59,370 nt of DNA, from the IMG/VR virus record IMGVR_UViG_3300025872_000062, positions 1 to 59,370 of that record. One strand, written 5' to 3'. Numbering within the stretch: the stretch's first letter is position 1; every line of letters starts with the position of its first letter. The notes beneath the pieces are model-generated. The model searched no databases. It was not told the DNA's origin and was given only the letters and a program-made list of their open reading frames with translations. A program made the position numbers and the translations under genes. Below, in pieces: positions 44,420 to 54,180 of this stretch. The stretch is from a virus. Its lineage: Duplodnaviria; Caudoviricetes.

Positions 44420-44668
44420 ATGGGTGTCGTCAAAAAATACCAAGATCCAAAAGGCGGATTGAATGCCGCTGGTCGAGCGCACTTCAAGGCTAAAGAGGGC
44501 GCTAATTTGAAACCTCCTGCTCCAAATCCAAAAACAAAGGCAGACGCTGGTCGTCGTGCCTCTTTTTGTGCAAGGATGGGCGGCATGAAGAAAAAGTTGA
44601 CGTCCTCCCAGACTGCGAATGACCCCGATTCGCGCATCAACAAAGCGCTTCGCGCATGGAACTGCTGA
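44420..44668 (+). CDS. Small basic conserved phage protein, DUF6321-like (82 aa)
   Basis: PKGGLNAAGRA...RRASFCARMGG...DSRINKALRAWNC. Confidence 0.8.
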   Translation: MGVVKKYQDPKGGLNAAGRAHFKAKEGANLKPPAPNPKTKADAGRRASFCARMGGMKKKLTSSQTANDPDSRINKALRAWNC

Positions 44669-44670
44669 CT

Positions 44671-44847
44671 ATGCTTAGTAAATTGCTCGGTATCAAAAAT
44701 AACAAAGTTCAGAAAGTCATGCACGAATACAAGCATGGAACTCTGAAGTCGTCTTCTGGCAGCAAGGTTGTAAATCGAAAGCAAGCCGTTGCTATTGCTC
44801 TTTCCGAGGCTGATCGCGCTGCAAAAATGCGGAAGAAAGGAAAGTAG
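44671..44847 (+). CDS. Small basic protein, DUF6496-like (58 aa)
   Basis: KVMHEYKHGTLKSSSGSKVVNRKQAVAIALSEA. Confidence 0.8.
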   Translation: MLSKLLGIKNNKVQKVMHEYKHGTLKSSSGSKVVNRKQAVAIALSEADRAAKMRKKGK

Positions 44848-44852
44848 TAATT

Positions 44853-46112
44853 ATGCCTGGTGGATCTGATAATCAATTCCGTGCTATTGTTGACCGTATT
44901 CGTAGAGGCGTTACGCCAGAAGAAAAGCGTAGGCTTATTGCGCAACTCCGGCAATTGCAGGCAGAAGGTTCTAGTGCAGGACGTATTCCACTTGATATTC
45001 TTGGTGGTGGTGGACGTGCTCCTGTTTCTGACGCACTAGTGCCTGTTCCCAAAGAGCCAAGCCCTGTTCGCCTTACTAATCCAAATGCTCCTCCGCAGTA
45101 TACGGGAACTGCCAGGCCTCGAGGAACCAGGGCTATTCCCGCACGCGATGCTGGCGCACTAGTTCCTATTCCGCGTAGTGGCGGAGGTGGCGCAGTTATT
45201 CCTGGTGGTGGTGGAGGTGGTGGCGCTATTCCTAGTGGTGGTGCTCGACCTGCTCCGCGATTTGGAATGCAGCCTGGAAATGCTGGTCCATATACGAGGC
45301 TTGGAGATGCTCCGACTGGTATGCGAACTCCTCCTGCTCCTGCTTCTGGTGGCGGCGCTCTTGCTCGCGTTGGTCCTACTTCGCTAGACCGCATACCTGC
45401 ACCTATGGGTGGTGGCGGTGGCGGTGGTGGTGTTGGTAGTGCAATTGCTCGTTATGGTGATGACGTTGCTAAAACTGTTGGACGAAAGGGTCTTTCTCCG
45501 AACTGGAAAAAGGCTCTTGCTGGGGCAGGGCTTGTTGCTGGTGCAGTTGCACTTAATGCGCTTAAGGATAATCGCCAAGGCGAAGATCTTAGCGAATTTG
45601 AAGGTTCCGCTGTTCCCCCTAGCCAGCGAGATCAAAAGCCTCCCACTCAAGTTATGAAGTCGAAACCTGCAGAAGCTGATATGCCAGCCTATAAGGGACA
45701 AGGACCAATGTCCAAGGCTATGGGCGTGACGCGTAATGATGATGGCAAGGTTGATGCCAATAAGGTGAAACTCGGCCAAGGCTGGATGTTTGATATGACT
45801 CGTCGTATTGGTCAAAAGGGATTTGATCAGCCTGGCATGGAACGGCGTGGGCAGAAGCTTGGATCTTCTGGTCGAGATGACATTGCACAAATGTTCCGAA
45901 CCAGCGATTATGCCAACAAGGAACTGAATCTTAGCGAACGAGAAATCAATGCTGCAGTAGAAGCCTTCAAGCGTGATTTCAATAAGCAGCAATTCAAGGG
46001 CCAGAGCTATGCGGCTGATCGACTTCCTCGCGGAACGTCTGCTCCTGCTGGCACTGTTGTTCCGCGAAAGGTTTTGTCCACTCCTGAGTATCGTGCTCGT
46101 TATGGTCGGTAA
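44853..46112 (+). CDS. G/P/R-rich low-complexity protein (419 aa)
   Basis: Long ORF with poly-Gly tracts and one hydrophobic segment (ALAGAGLVAGAVAL). Confidence 0.7.
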   Translation: MPGGSDNQFRAIVDRIRRGVTPEEKRRLIAQLRQLQAEGSSAGRIPLDILGGGGRAPVSDALVPVPKEPSPVRLTNPNAPPQYTGTARPRGTRAIPARDAGALVPIPRSGGGGAVIPGGGGGGGAIPSGGARPAPRFGMQPGNAGPYTRLGDAPTGMRTPPAPASGGGALARVGPTSLDRIPAPMGGGGGGGGVGSAIARYGDDVAKTVGRKGLSPNWKKALAGAGLVAGAVALNALKDNRQGEDLSEFEGSAVPPSQRDQKPPTQVMKSKPAEADMPAYKGQGPMSKAMGVTRNDDGKVDANKVKLGQGWMFDMTRRIGQKGFDQPGMERRGQKLGSSGRDDIAQMFRTSDYANKELNLSEREINAAVEAFKRDFNKQQFKGQSYAADRLPRGTSAPAGTVVPRKVLSTPEYRARYGR

Positions 46113-46129
46113 AAAGAAAGGTTATTGAT

Positions 46130-46297
46130 ATGCCGATGGGAATGCCCTATCCCAAGGGTGAAATGGGAATGCATAAGGCGAAGTCCATGTCCGAATTGAT
46201 GGGTGTTGAAAAGAAGGAACATGGTATGGCCGAAAAGATGATGAAGAAACCCGTCAAGAAGGCCAAGCCGAAGGCGATGCCTTTCAAGAAGAAGTAA
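46130..46297 (+). CDS. Met/Lys-rich micropeptide (55 aa; absent from the ORF track)
   Basis: MPMGMPYPKGEMGMHKAKSMSELMGVEKKEHGMAEKMMKKPVKKAKPKAMPFKKK; GAAAGG RBS; hairpin at 46301-46328 follows. Confidence 0.7.
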   Translation: MPMGMPYPKGEMGMHKAKSMSELMGVEKKEHGMAEKMMKKPVKKAKPKAMPFKKK

Positions 46298-46338
46298 GTA
46301 TAAGCCGCATGGTAAAACATGCGGCTTAGGACTGAATT

Positions 46339-46971
46339 ATGCCAAACGGAAATACCAAAAGTAAGTCGCCCGTAGTATCTAAGGCTCTGAAGGCCTGGGG
46401 TCAAGCTCAAGCTAAATACGCAAGCTTGCCTCCGTGGTTTAGAAAAGGAGTTAGGGCTACTCAAGGAATTCCATTTATGGCAGCGTCCGAACTAATCGGA
46501 GAAGAAGGAAATATCCTGCCAGGACAACTTGAAGATGAACTTCTGAATGAAGCGCGGTTCAAAGAATCCGCACAGCGTTATTGGGGTGGAACGGAAGATG
46601 AACTTGTGCGGCAAATTGCTGGTAAAGATATCCCAAGGATGCGCACTCTAAATGGAATGCCTTTTGAAAGTGTTCGCAGGAAGCAAATTCTACATAGCGC
46701 GCAAGGCGGCAGGGATGTAAACGAATTGCTTCTTCCGCAAGGTGGCGGTCTTTATAAATGGTATAGCGGTGGCAGGAATCCGCTTGATCTTACAACGGAA
46801 GAGACTGGTCCTTATATTTCATCAATCGCAGGGATGCGTGGTGATGCAAATCCAAATGATCCTCGATATGAGGAACAATTTGGGCCACTTGATCCAGGAT
46901 ATGGAAATATGGCACGCGATAGGGCCTGGCTCATCCGCAAGGCACTCGCTCAGAATTACAGAATACGATAA
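46339..46971 (+). CDS. Hypothetical protein (210 aa)
   Basis: ORF in the late operon; no motif recognised. Confidence 0.65.
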   Translation: MPNGNTKSKSPVVSKALKAWGQAQAKYASLPPWFRKGVRATQGIPFMAASELIGEEGNILPGQLEDELLNEARFKESAQRYWGGTEDELVRQIAGKDIPRMRTLNGMPFESVRRKQILHSAQGGRDVNELLLPQGGGLYKWYSGGRNPLDLTTEETGPYISSIAGMRGDANPNDPRYEEQFGPLDPGYGNMARDRAWLIRKALAQNYRIR

Positions 46972-47180
46972 TGCCTAGACCACCAAAAACACAATTGCCT
47001 CAGCAGCCCGTGCAGCAAGTGCATATGAAATTTAATCGGATGGGTCAGATCAAATATGCTAACCGGGTGTTGGAATCTCTTGGGAGTCCGACCCGCATTG
47101 GGAATTTGATGAATCCTGCTCTGCGTCAGTCGACGTATGACACTCGTAATCTCGACAGGATTGACTCAGATACTGAATAA
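46971..47180 (+). CDS. Hypothetical protein (69 aa)
   Basis: TAATG overlap with the upstream gene. Confidence 0.5.
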   Translation: MPRPPKTQLPQQPVQQVHMKFNRMGQIKYANRVLESLGSPTRIGNLMNPALRQSTYDTRNLDRIDSDTE

Positions 47181-47427
47181 GTTCGTCCGACAATATGACT
47201 GCAACGTCATGCGGCATAACTTTCGAGGCAGTCTCGTATATCAAATACCAGACTGCCTTTAGCATATCTGCCTCAAAGCTATTGCCTGATTTCTTTCCAG
47301 CGCGCTGGATGTATTTGGTTGCTGAAAACAAAGCTGGGGAAAGATTCCATACTTTAGATACCAGCAATGCATCAATTGTGGAATTACGATAGTGACTGTA
47401 TAGTTTGCTCGTAATGTTGTCGGCCAT
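47059..47427 (-). CDS. DUF3310-like protein (T7 gp1.7-related family)
   Basis: SHY...ATKYIQRAGKK...DMLKAVWYL. Confidence 0.7.
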   Translation of the reverse strand: MADNITSKLYSHYRNSTIDALLVSKVWNLSPALFSATKYIQRAGKKSGNSFEADMLKAVWYLIYETASKVMPHDVAVILSDELIQYLSQSCRDYECHTSTDAEQDSSNSQCGSDSQEIPTPG

Positions 47428-47444
47428 AATTACAGTATACAGCA

Positions 47445-48194
47445 ATGGAACAAAGCGCTGAACTTGAACAAACACTAACTACCCATAATGGTGGTACTGG
47501 TGTTAGGTGTCATGGAATTGTGAACGGTGCACAGTGCCGTCAGTTTGCCGTCCGTGGCCGAAAGTTCTGCAACTATCATGGTGGAAAAGCGCTTGCTGGT
47601 GTTGAAAGTCCATCGTTCAGAACAGGATTGAGATCGATGGAAAGCAAGCGGTTCCGAAGCATAGGCAAGGAATTGCTTGAAAAGATCGATGCTCTTAGGG
47701 AAGATCCAGATCTTTTCAATCTGCGTGATGATGCGGCATATATGACGGCGCTAATTGATAGGCGTGCTGAGGCTGCTTCAGAAGGTTTTGGTGTTCATGT
47801 TCTACGCAATTTGCAGCAACAATACGCAACTGCAAACAGGGCGTATAGGTCTTCCAACATTGAGGAATTTGAAGAAGCATTCAAAAACCTAGGAGAGACA
47901 TTGAATGCTGGTGGCGATGAGGCCAAATCATCGGATGAAGTAATTGAACTAATTGGTCGGCGTGTTCAACTTGTTGAAGCAGAACAAAGGGTAGCTCAAT
48001 CAAAAGCTTATGTTCTTGAGGTTGATCAAGCATACTCGCTTATCATGCAAGTCGTTGGTGTTGTAAAGCAATGCGTTCGCAATGCGGATGAATTGACAGC
48101 AATTAAGAACGGAATCAACCGTCTTCTGAAAGTCTATAAAGAAGAATCTGAATCAGAGGACGATGATGTGGTTGATGCGGAGGTTGTTGAATGA
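47445..48194 (+). CDS. Probable terminase small subunit (249 aa)
   Basis: N-terminal C...C...FCNYHGG zinc/HGG motif; ends DVVDAEVVE; directly upstream of TerL. Confidence 0.7.
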   Translation: MEQSAELEQTLTTHNGGTGVRCHGIVNGAQCRQFAVRGRKFCNYHGGKALAGVESPSFRTGLRSMESKRFRSIGKELLEKIDALREDPDLFNLRDDAAYMTALIDRRAEAASEGFGVHVLRNLQQQYATANRAYRSSNIEEFEEAFKNLGETLNAGGDEAKSSDEVIELIGRRVQLVEAEQRVAQSKAYVLEVDQAYSLIMQVVGVVKQCVRNADELTAIKNGINRLLKVYKEESESEDDDVVDAEVVE

Positions 48195-49924
48195 GGCGTA
48201 ACTCAACAACTACCAGGCAAACGCCAAGGGCATTCAAGAAGTTTGTAAGGCCAGACAAGCCGTTGAGTCTTGCACTTCTTGAAGCTCTCGATAGCGAATT
48301 GGATACCATTATCCGCACTGGTGACTTCGATACGGGTAGGGCTTATCCAATCCAAGGATCGGAGCTTGATTTTAGATCATGGCTTCGTACTTATGCTCCT
48401 CATGCTGCTTCTTCTCCCTTGGGGGAACATCATATTCGTGCATGGGAATGGGCGGAAAATATAGAGCCTGGGAATCCGCCACCTGCATTGATTGAATGCT
48501 GGTTCCGTGGTGGTGGCAAATCCACTACGATGGAACTGATTTCCAGTCGTATTGCTGTAAAAGCAACAAAGAGATTCCTGCTTTATGTTTGTGCTACACA
48601 AGATATGGCAGACCGTCACGTTCAAGATATTGCCACAACCATGGAGCGCTGTGGTATTGAACGTGCTGTCAATAAATATGGATTCAGCAAGGGCTGGAAT
48701 GCAAGTAAGTTGAGAACTGAAAATGGATTCAACGTGCTTGCGTTCGGTCTTGATACTGGTGCACGCGGTGTAAAGTTGGATTACCTCCGGCCTGACTTCA
48801 TTGTATTCGACGACATTGATGAGTTGGATGATTCTGTATCGAGGGTTGATAAGAAGGTTGCAACCATCACGCAAACCATTCTTCCAGCAAAGTCAACCGA
48901 CTGCGCCATTGTATTTGTTCAGAATAGAATTCATGCAAATAGCGTCATGTCGAAAGTCCTCAGCGGCGAAGTCGACATGTTGCAGAATCGTGTCCAAGCA
49001 CCAATTGTTCCTGCCATCAAAAACCTAACTTATACAAATGAGGAAAAGGAAGATGGCCGCATGGGATATCGCATCACTGGTGGTATTCCAACATGGGCAC
49101 ATAAAGGCATCGAAGTATGCCAAAGGGAGATCGATGACTTTGGGTTGATCTCGTTCCTTCGTGAATGCCAGCACGAGGTTGGTGTTGGTGGTTTGTTCTT
49201 CCCAGACTTTAAAGAATTCGGCCAGGATGGAAGTGCTTGGCATGTTGTGGACAATATATATATACAGCCTTGGTGGCGTGTGTGGGCAAGTCACGACTTT
49301 GGTACGGGTGCACCATGTTGTTTTCTTCTATATGCATCTGACGAAAAAGAGAATATCTACGTTATTGGCGAGGTTTATGAGAAAGGACATGTGTCATCTT
49401 CTCAGGCACAACTTGCATTGAATCTGCTTGAGTCGCGCGGAATGGCCGAGCCGACTGATAGGCGTAACAGGGATGGTAAATGGAATACCAGGCTTGAGGC
49501 AATTGCTTTCGACTGGGCAAACACATTTCCTCCTGAAAATGTACAGCAGCGTATTGGTGAATATCCTGTCGAGGTCTGGTGGGAAAGAGGTCTTCCTGCT
49601 GTTCGTGCCGTAAAGGACAGGAAGGCTGGATGGCGTCGAGTAAAAGAATGGTTTGCAAGTTCTGAGATGGTCGATGGTAAACATGTTCCTAAGATTCGCA
49701 TTGCTCGCCATTGCCAAAATCTTATTCGTGAACTTTCCAAATGTATGGCCGACCCAAAAGATCCAGAAGAAATTGACCGTGGAACAAAGAACGATCACGC
49801 TCTTGACTCATTTAGGTATGGATTGATGTGGCGCGAATATCCAGTTGCTTGCCCAGAGATTGATCAGAAAAAAACCGATAGGCCAACATGGCTCAATGAA
49901 GATCGGAAGCGTGAATGGCTATAA
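48191..49924 (+). CDS. Terminase large subunit (577 aa)
   Basis: Walker A FRGGGKST, Walker B IVFDDID, nuclease SHDFG...DHALDSFRYGL. Confidence 0.95.
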   Translation: MRRNSTTTRQTPRAFKKFVRPDKPLSLALLEALDSELDTIIRTGDFDTGRAYPIQGSELDFRSWLRTYAPHAASSPLGEHHIRAWEWAENIEPGNPPPALIECWFRGGGKSTTMELISSRIAVKATKRFLLYVCATQDMADRHVQDIATTMERCGIERAVNKYGFSKGWNASKLRTENGFNVLAFGLDTGARGVKLDYLRPDFIVFDDIDELDDSVSRVDKKVATITQTILPAKSTDCAIVFVQNRIHANSVMSKVLSGEVDMLQNRVQAPIVPAIKNLTYTNEEKEDGRMGYRITGGIPTWAHKGIEVCQREIDDFGLISFLRECQHEVGVGGLFFPDFKEFGQDGSAWHVVDNIYIQPWWRVWASHDFGTGAPCCFLLYASDEKENIYVIGEVYEKGHVSSSQAQLALNLLESRGMAEPTDRRNRDGKWNTRLEAIAFDWANTFPPENVQQRIGEYPVEVWWERGLPAVRAVKDRKAGWRRVKEWFASSEMVDGKHVPKIRIARHCQNLIRELSKCMADPKDPEEIDRGTKNDHALDSFRYGLMWREYPVACPEIDQKKTDRPTWLNEDRKREWL

Positions 49925-50061
49925 CAACTGTTGTTTTCAGTGCTTTATCGGCAATGGCATGTATTGCCATTGCTTGGATAGAATATTGCAATTTCTGCAT
50001 CATTCGTGAAATTGCGGGTAAGCAAAAAACAAAGCGATCTAAGGATCGGGAGTATATCTGA
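49915..50061 (+). CDS. Small membrane protein (48 aa; absent from the ORF track)
   Basis: MAITTVVFSALSAMACIAIAWIEY...; overlaps the TerL end and its TGA overlaps the portal ATG. Confidence 0.55.
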   Translation: MAITTVVFSALSAMACIAIAWIEYCNFCIIREIAGKQKTKRSKDREYI

Positions 50062-52259
50062 TGGCAATCCAAGACATGATCAGCCAGTTGATGAAACAGC
50101 AGATCAAAAGCAAGAACAGGATGACTGCCCTTAGTCAGCCGTCTCCTATGGGCATGCCTGGATCTATTCCTTCAGAAGATCTGAATCTTATCGATCCAGA
50201 AGATCTTGGCATTGATCACAACTCGCAAGATTGGATTAACCAGCCAGAGATCGATGAAGAAGAAGAACGCAGGATTACCACCTATGTTCGCCAATCTTTT
50301 GATGAAGCATATAGGGCCAGGCAGGAAATGGAGTTGGAATGGGCCTTGGCTACTGCTTTTTTCGAGGGAAGGCAATGGCTGCGAATCTCTAGCACAACGC
50401 GTAATTTGATTCAACTGCAAAATCCAAGTGAACCTAATCGGTATATGATTGTGCAGAAAATGCGTCCGCTAATTGACGGCGTGGTCGGTAAGCTTACGCA
50501 AGTTTCACCAGACGCATATGCAATTCCTCTATCGGATACTGAGCGTGACAGGAATGCTTCGGACGAAGCAAATATCATTTGTCAGCATTTCAATAGGAAG
50601 TTTGGTCGAGAAACACAGTTGAAAGAACGGGTGCGATGGGCATGCGTCTGCGGCACCAGTTATTTGAAAATCTATTGGGATTCAAAAGGCATTCAGACAG
50701 TTCCGTTTTTTGATATGGAAACTGGTGAAGTTGGTGGCTTCAAGCAGATGTCGGTTGGCGATGTCCGCGAAGAAATTCTTCCTGCCTTTGATGTGTTTGT
50801 TGATCCCACTGCCAAACGCGATGAAGATATCCGCTGGTTGATTCATGCATCTGTGCGCCCTTTGTCCTGGTTTGTGGACTCTTATGGCGATAGGGGTAAG
50901 TCTGTTAGCGCAGATGCATTGTCAGGACAAAGCAGTAGCTACATTGATGCTTACCTTGAAGGTGGAAATGGCAGTGGCAATGGCTGGGTTCCGCCATCCA
51001 CTTCCAGAATGGGCCAGATAGAAAGTCGTAAAAAAGCAGCAGTTGTTTACGAATATTGGGAAAAGCCAAATGAGCAATATCCCAAAGGCCGCTACATCGT
51101 TTCTACCAACACTGCCCTTCTCTATGCTGGAAATTGGCCGTATGAGAAGAAGGATAAGTTTCCGTTTGTTCCTTTGCGATGGCAACCTAGGGCAGGAACT
51201 GTCTATGGGTATTCCCTAGGATATGATCTCTGCCCACTGCAGCAAACGTATAACCGGATTTATAGTCGGCTTCTTGAACAGTTTGAGAGCCAAAAAGACT
51301 ATGTGATGATCCAGAAACTATCTGGCGTTGGGGCAGATGCATTCAATAATCAATCAGATGACGTTGTTGATAGCAATCGTATCTATCGTAAAATTTATTA
51401 TAATCAAGCAACTGCACCTCCTACGATTGTTCGTGCTCCTGGCGTTGGTGGAGATCTTTTCCCAATGCTCCAGTTGCTTGAAAAAGACATGATGGATATT
51501 GCTGGCTTGCATGATGTAAGCCAGGGAATGGCTCAAGCTGGAACTCCCGCAGAAAGCGTGAGGCTACTTCAACGTGCAGATAACACGCAACATTCGTTCA
51601 TTAGGGCAGATATTGAAATTTCAAATGCCGAAATCAAAGAATGGGAAGTTGCACTTGTTGCCCAGTATGGCGTTGCTCCGTTCGTTGGTCAAATGCAAGA
51701 GCCGCAAGACCCTGCCAATGAAATGAGGAGTGGCGTAATTACCTTCGACCATATTCGCGATGGAGGTCAATATCGAATCGAATATGTTCCTGGCTCTGCT
51801 CAAGAAGATAGCCCAGATCAGAAATTGCAAAAACTAATGGCGTTCAGGCAAATGGGATTGTTCGGAGATCCTGCTGATCCAGCCACAAATATGCTTGTAA
51901 TCAAAATGCTGAAACTTCCTGATACGACGTTGATTATGGAGCATTTGGAACAGCAGCAACAAAAATTCCAAATGATGCAGCAAATGGCTATGGAACAAGC
52001 TCAGGCGCAAAATGCTCCCAAGAATGGATTTGATCCAGAAGCGGAGCAAATGAAAGCCCAGCTTGATATTGAAAAAATTCAAGCTCAAGTCGGCGCAAAA
52101 ATGAATGCCGATTTGGAAAAACTTCGAGAAAAATCACGCCTTGCCCAGGAAAATGATGCTTCCAAGGCAATGGTGAATCTTTCTCAGGAGACTCTTCGGA
52201 AAAATATTTTTCCTGAAGAGGTTGACCGGGGTGGCGAAAACACCAATAGGAAACAATAA
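50061..52259 (+). CDS. Portal protein (732 aa)
   Basis: Follows TerL; AFFEGRQW, VFVDPTA, LCPLQQTYNR, DIAGLHDVSQG, Q-rich C-terminal barrel as in P22-like portals. Confidence 0.88.
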   Translation: MAIQDMISQLMKQQIKSKNRMTALSQPSPMGMPGSIPSEDLNLIDPEDLGIDHNSQDWINQPEIDEEEERRITTYVRQSFDEAYRARQEMELEWALATAFFEGRQWLRISSTTRNLIQLQNPSEPNRYMIVQKMRPLIDGVVGKLTQVSPDAYAIPLSDTERDRNASDEANIICQHFNRKFGRETQLKERVRWACVCGTSYLKIYWDSKGIQTVPFFDMETGEVGGFKQMSVGDVREEILPAFDVFVDPTAKRDEDIRWLIHASVRPLSWFVDSYGDRGKSVSADALSGQSSSYIDAYLEGGNGSGNGWVPPSTSRMGQIESRKKAAVVYEYWEKPNEQYPKGRYIVSTNTALLYAGNWPYEKKDKFPFVPLRWQPRAGTVYGYSLGYDLCPLQQTYNRIYSRLLEQFESQKDYVMIQKLSGVGADAFNNQSDDVVDSNRIYRKIYYNQATAPPTIVRAPGVGGDLFPMLQLLEKDMMDIAGLHDVSQGMAQAGTPAESVRLLQRADNTQHSFIRADIEISNAEIKEWEVALVAQYGVAPFVGQMQEPQDPANEMRSGVITFDHIRDGGQYRIEYVPGSAQEDSPDQKLQKLMAFRQMGLFGDPADPATNMLVIKMLKLPDTTLIMEHLEQQQQKFQMMQQMAMEQAQAQNAPKNGFDPEAEQMKAQLDIEKIQAQVGAKMNADLEKLREKSRLAQENDASKAMVNLSQETLRKNIFPEEVDRGGENTNRKQ

Positions 52260-52264
52260 TTACA

Positions 52265-53125
52265 ATGTCTGAAGAGATGGTGATGCATACACCCGATTCA
52301 CCAGCGGGTGCTTCTGACGATTATGGCGTTGGTAATGCCATATTGGACATGGTTCAGGATACCGTCGGTCCTGAATCTTTTGCCGAAGACGTAAATGATA
52401 CGGCTGTCCAGGATGGGTCATATTCTGAGGATCAGTACGATCCGTATGACCTGCTAGGTGTTGAGCAACCTAACACCGCGTATTCGGAATTCAATGATCC
52501 GAATCCTGTTCCTTACGAACGCTTTCGCGAAGTAAATGAACGAGCGAAGGCAGCAAACGAACAACTATCTCGTTGGGGCCAGGTCATTCAAGAATTTGAG
52601 CGACAGGGTTTCAATAGTGCCGATGATGTAAATCTTGCTCTTGCGCGACAGCAACAGGCCGCGCAGGAACAAGCGATTGTAAATCGGTATCGAGATCTGG
52701 AACAGCAGGAACTCATTGATCCCGAAACTGGCAAGCTTCAAATGGAAGCTGAATTGGAACGATTCCGATATCAGCAAGCCATGCAGGAAGTAAGTCAGTA
52801 CATGATTGAGCAACAAAAATCTCAAGCGTTGAGCCAATATCCTCTTGCTCAACGCAACCAGGCTTCTGTTGATCAATTGGTTAGTCGCGGACTTGATCCT
52901 GTCGATGCTGCGCGCATTGTGCATGACCAGGTTGAGCAGCTCACCAAAGCATTGGTTCCAGAACTCGTCCAGCGCCTGAATCAAGGACGGCAAGCGCCAA
53001 CCCCAACTAGTACCAGGCAAACGGTACGAGCCACTGTTTCCAATGGAGGACAGCAACAGGCGCAAGGTGGTCGATCCACTTTGAGTCAGTTGCTTGGTAT
53101 TTCACGCAACAGACAATCCATCTGA
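52265..53125 (+). CDS. Capsid scaffolding protein (286 aa)
   Basis: Acidic N-terminus, VPYERFREVN motif, coiled coil; lies between portal and capsid. Confidence 0.75.
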   Translation: MSEEMVMHTPDSPAGASDDYGVGNAILDMVQDTVGPESFAEDVNDTAVQDGSYSEDQYDPYDLLGVEQPNTAYSEFNDPNPVPYERFREVNERAKAANEQLSRWGQVIQEFERQGFNSADDVNLALARQQQAAQEQAIVNRYRDLEQQELIDPETGKLQMEAELERFRYQQAMQEVSQYMIEQQKSQALSQYPLAQRNQASVDQLVSRGLDPVDAARIVHDQVEQLTKALVPELVQRLNQGRQAPTPTSTRQTVRATVSNGGQQQAQGGRSTLSQLLGISRNRQSI

Positions 53126-53136
53126 GGTAGAAAACA

Positions 53137-54162
53137 ATGGCTATTGACTTCAATGGTGCTTTGACGCTTGCGGACCATGCGTCTCTCAGCAACGATCCGC
53201 TCGTCAAGGAAATCACCAAATCTCTTCACAAGACCTGGAATGCCCTTAAGGACATTCCGTTGTTTACGTCCCCGACTCTTAAGCAGGTCGGTATGCGTTA
53301 TCTCAACAGCAATATCCCGCAGCCCAACTGGACCGGTGTCAATTCCGAGCCTGTTGCTGTCAAGGGCAAGCCGAAGAGCTATGAAGAATCCATGTATCTT
53401 GTTCGTAACAAGATTCTTGTGGATCACATTTTGCTCGATCAGCCGACCAATATTATTGATCCTATTGAAGCGCAGGTGCAGATCTTCCTTGAAGGTTTTG
53501 CCTATGACTTCAACGACAAGTTCATCAACAACAATCCGGCCTCTCCTGCTGCTGGAAACTCTGCTGATTGTTTCCCTGGACTTGCATATCGCATGGACAA
53601 TTTTGCGGACTACGATATCCCCTCTGAAATGGATATTGCCGCCACTGGTGGTTCCGCTGACTTGTTCACGAACACGTCCACTTCGGCCAACAACTTTATC
53701 TTCAAGCTCCAGGAACTTCTTGACAACATGAATGCTCCTGATGGCGATGGTGTTGTCCTGTATATGAACGAAGCCACGAAGCGACGCATTGAACTCAACA
53801 TCCGTGTCATGGGCATTGGTGCTGGTTTCGATATGACGCAGGATTCGTTTGATCGGCCTGTGGAAAAGTACAAGAATGCGACTGTTCGTACTGTTGGGCG
53901 CAAGGCTGATGGCGTCACGTCCGTTATTGCGGACAACCTGAACAACGGCGTTGCCGGTGATGCTGGCAAGTGTACGCATATCTATGCCGTCCGATATGGC
54001 ACTGGTTATGTTCAGGGTTGGCAGAGCGGCCCGTTCAAGCCGACTTATCTTGGGCTGTCCAAGGAAAATGGCATTATGCACAATGTCGTTTTCGACTGGG
54101 GCGTGGGACTCTGGGTTCCCCATACCCGAGCCATTGGGCGTCTTAAGGTTCGCGTTTCGTAA
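53137..54162 (+). CDS. Major capsid protein (341 aa)
   Basis: Size, position, strong codon bias; ALTLAD...WTGVNS...FPGL...IYAVRYG...AIGRL pattern of HK97-fold capsid proteins. Confidence 0.85.
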   Translation: MAIDFNGALTLADHASLSNDPLVKEITKSLHKTWNALKDIPLFTSPTLKQVGMRYLNSNIPQPNWTGVNSEPVAVKGKPKSYEESMYLVRNKILVDHILLDQPTNIIDPIEAQVQIFLEGFAYDFNDKFINNNPASPAAGNSADCFPGLAYRMDNFADYDIPSEMDIAATGGSADLFTNTSTSANNFIFKLQELLDNMNAPDGDGVVLYMNEATKRRIELNIRVMGIGAGFDMTQDSFDRPVEKYKNATVRTVGRKADGVTSVIADNLNNGVAGDAGKCTHIYAVRYGTGYVQGWQSGPFKPTYLGLSKENGIMHNVVFDWGVGLWVPHTRAIGRLKVRVS

Positions 54163-54180
54163 CCTTAAAGGAGATCAATT

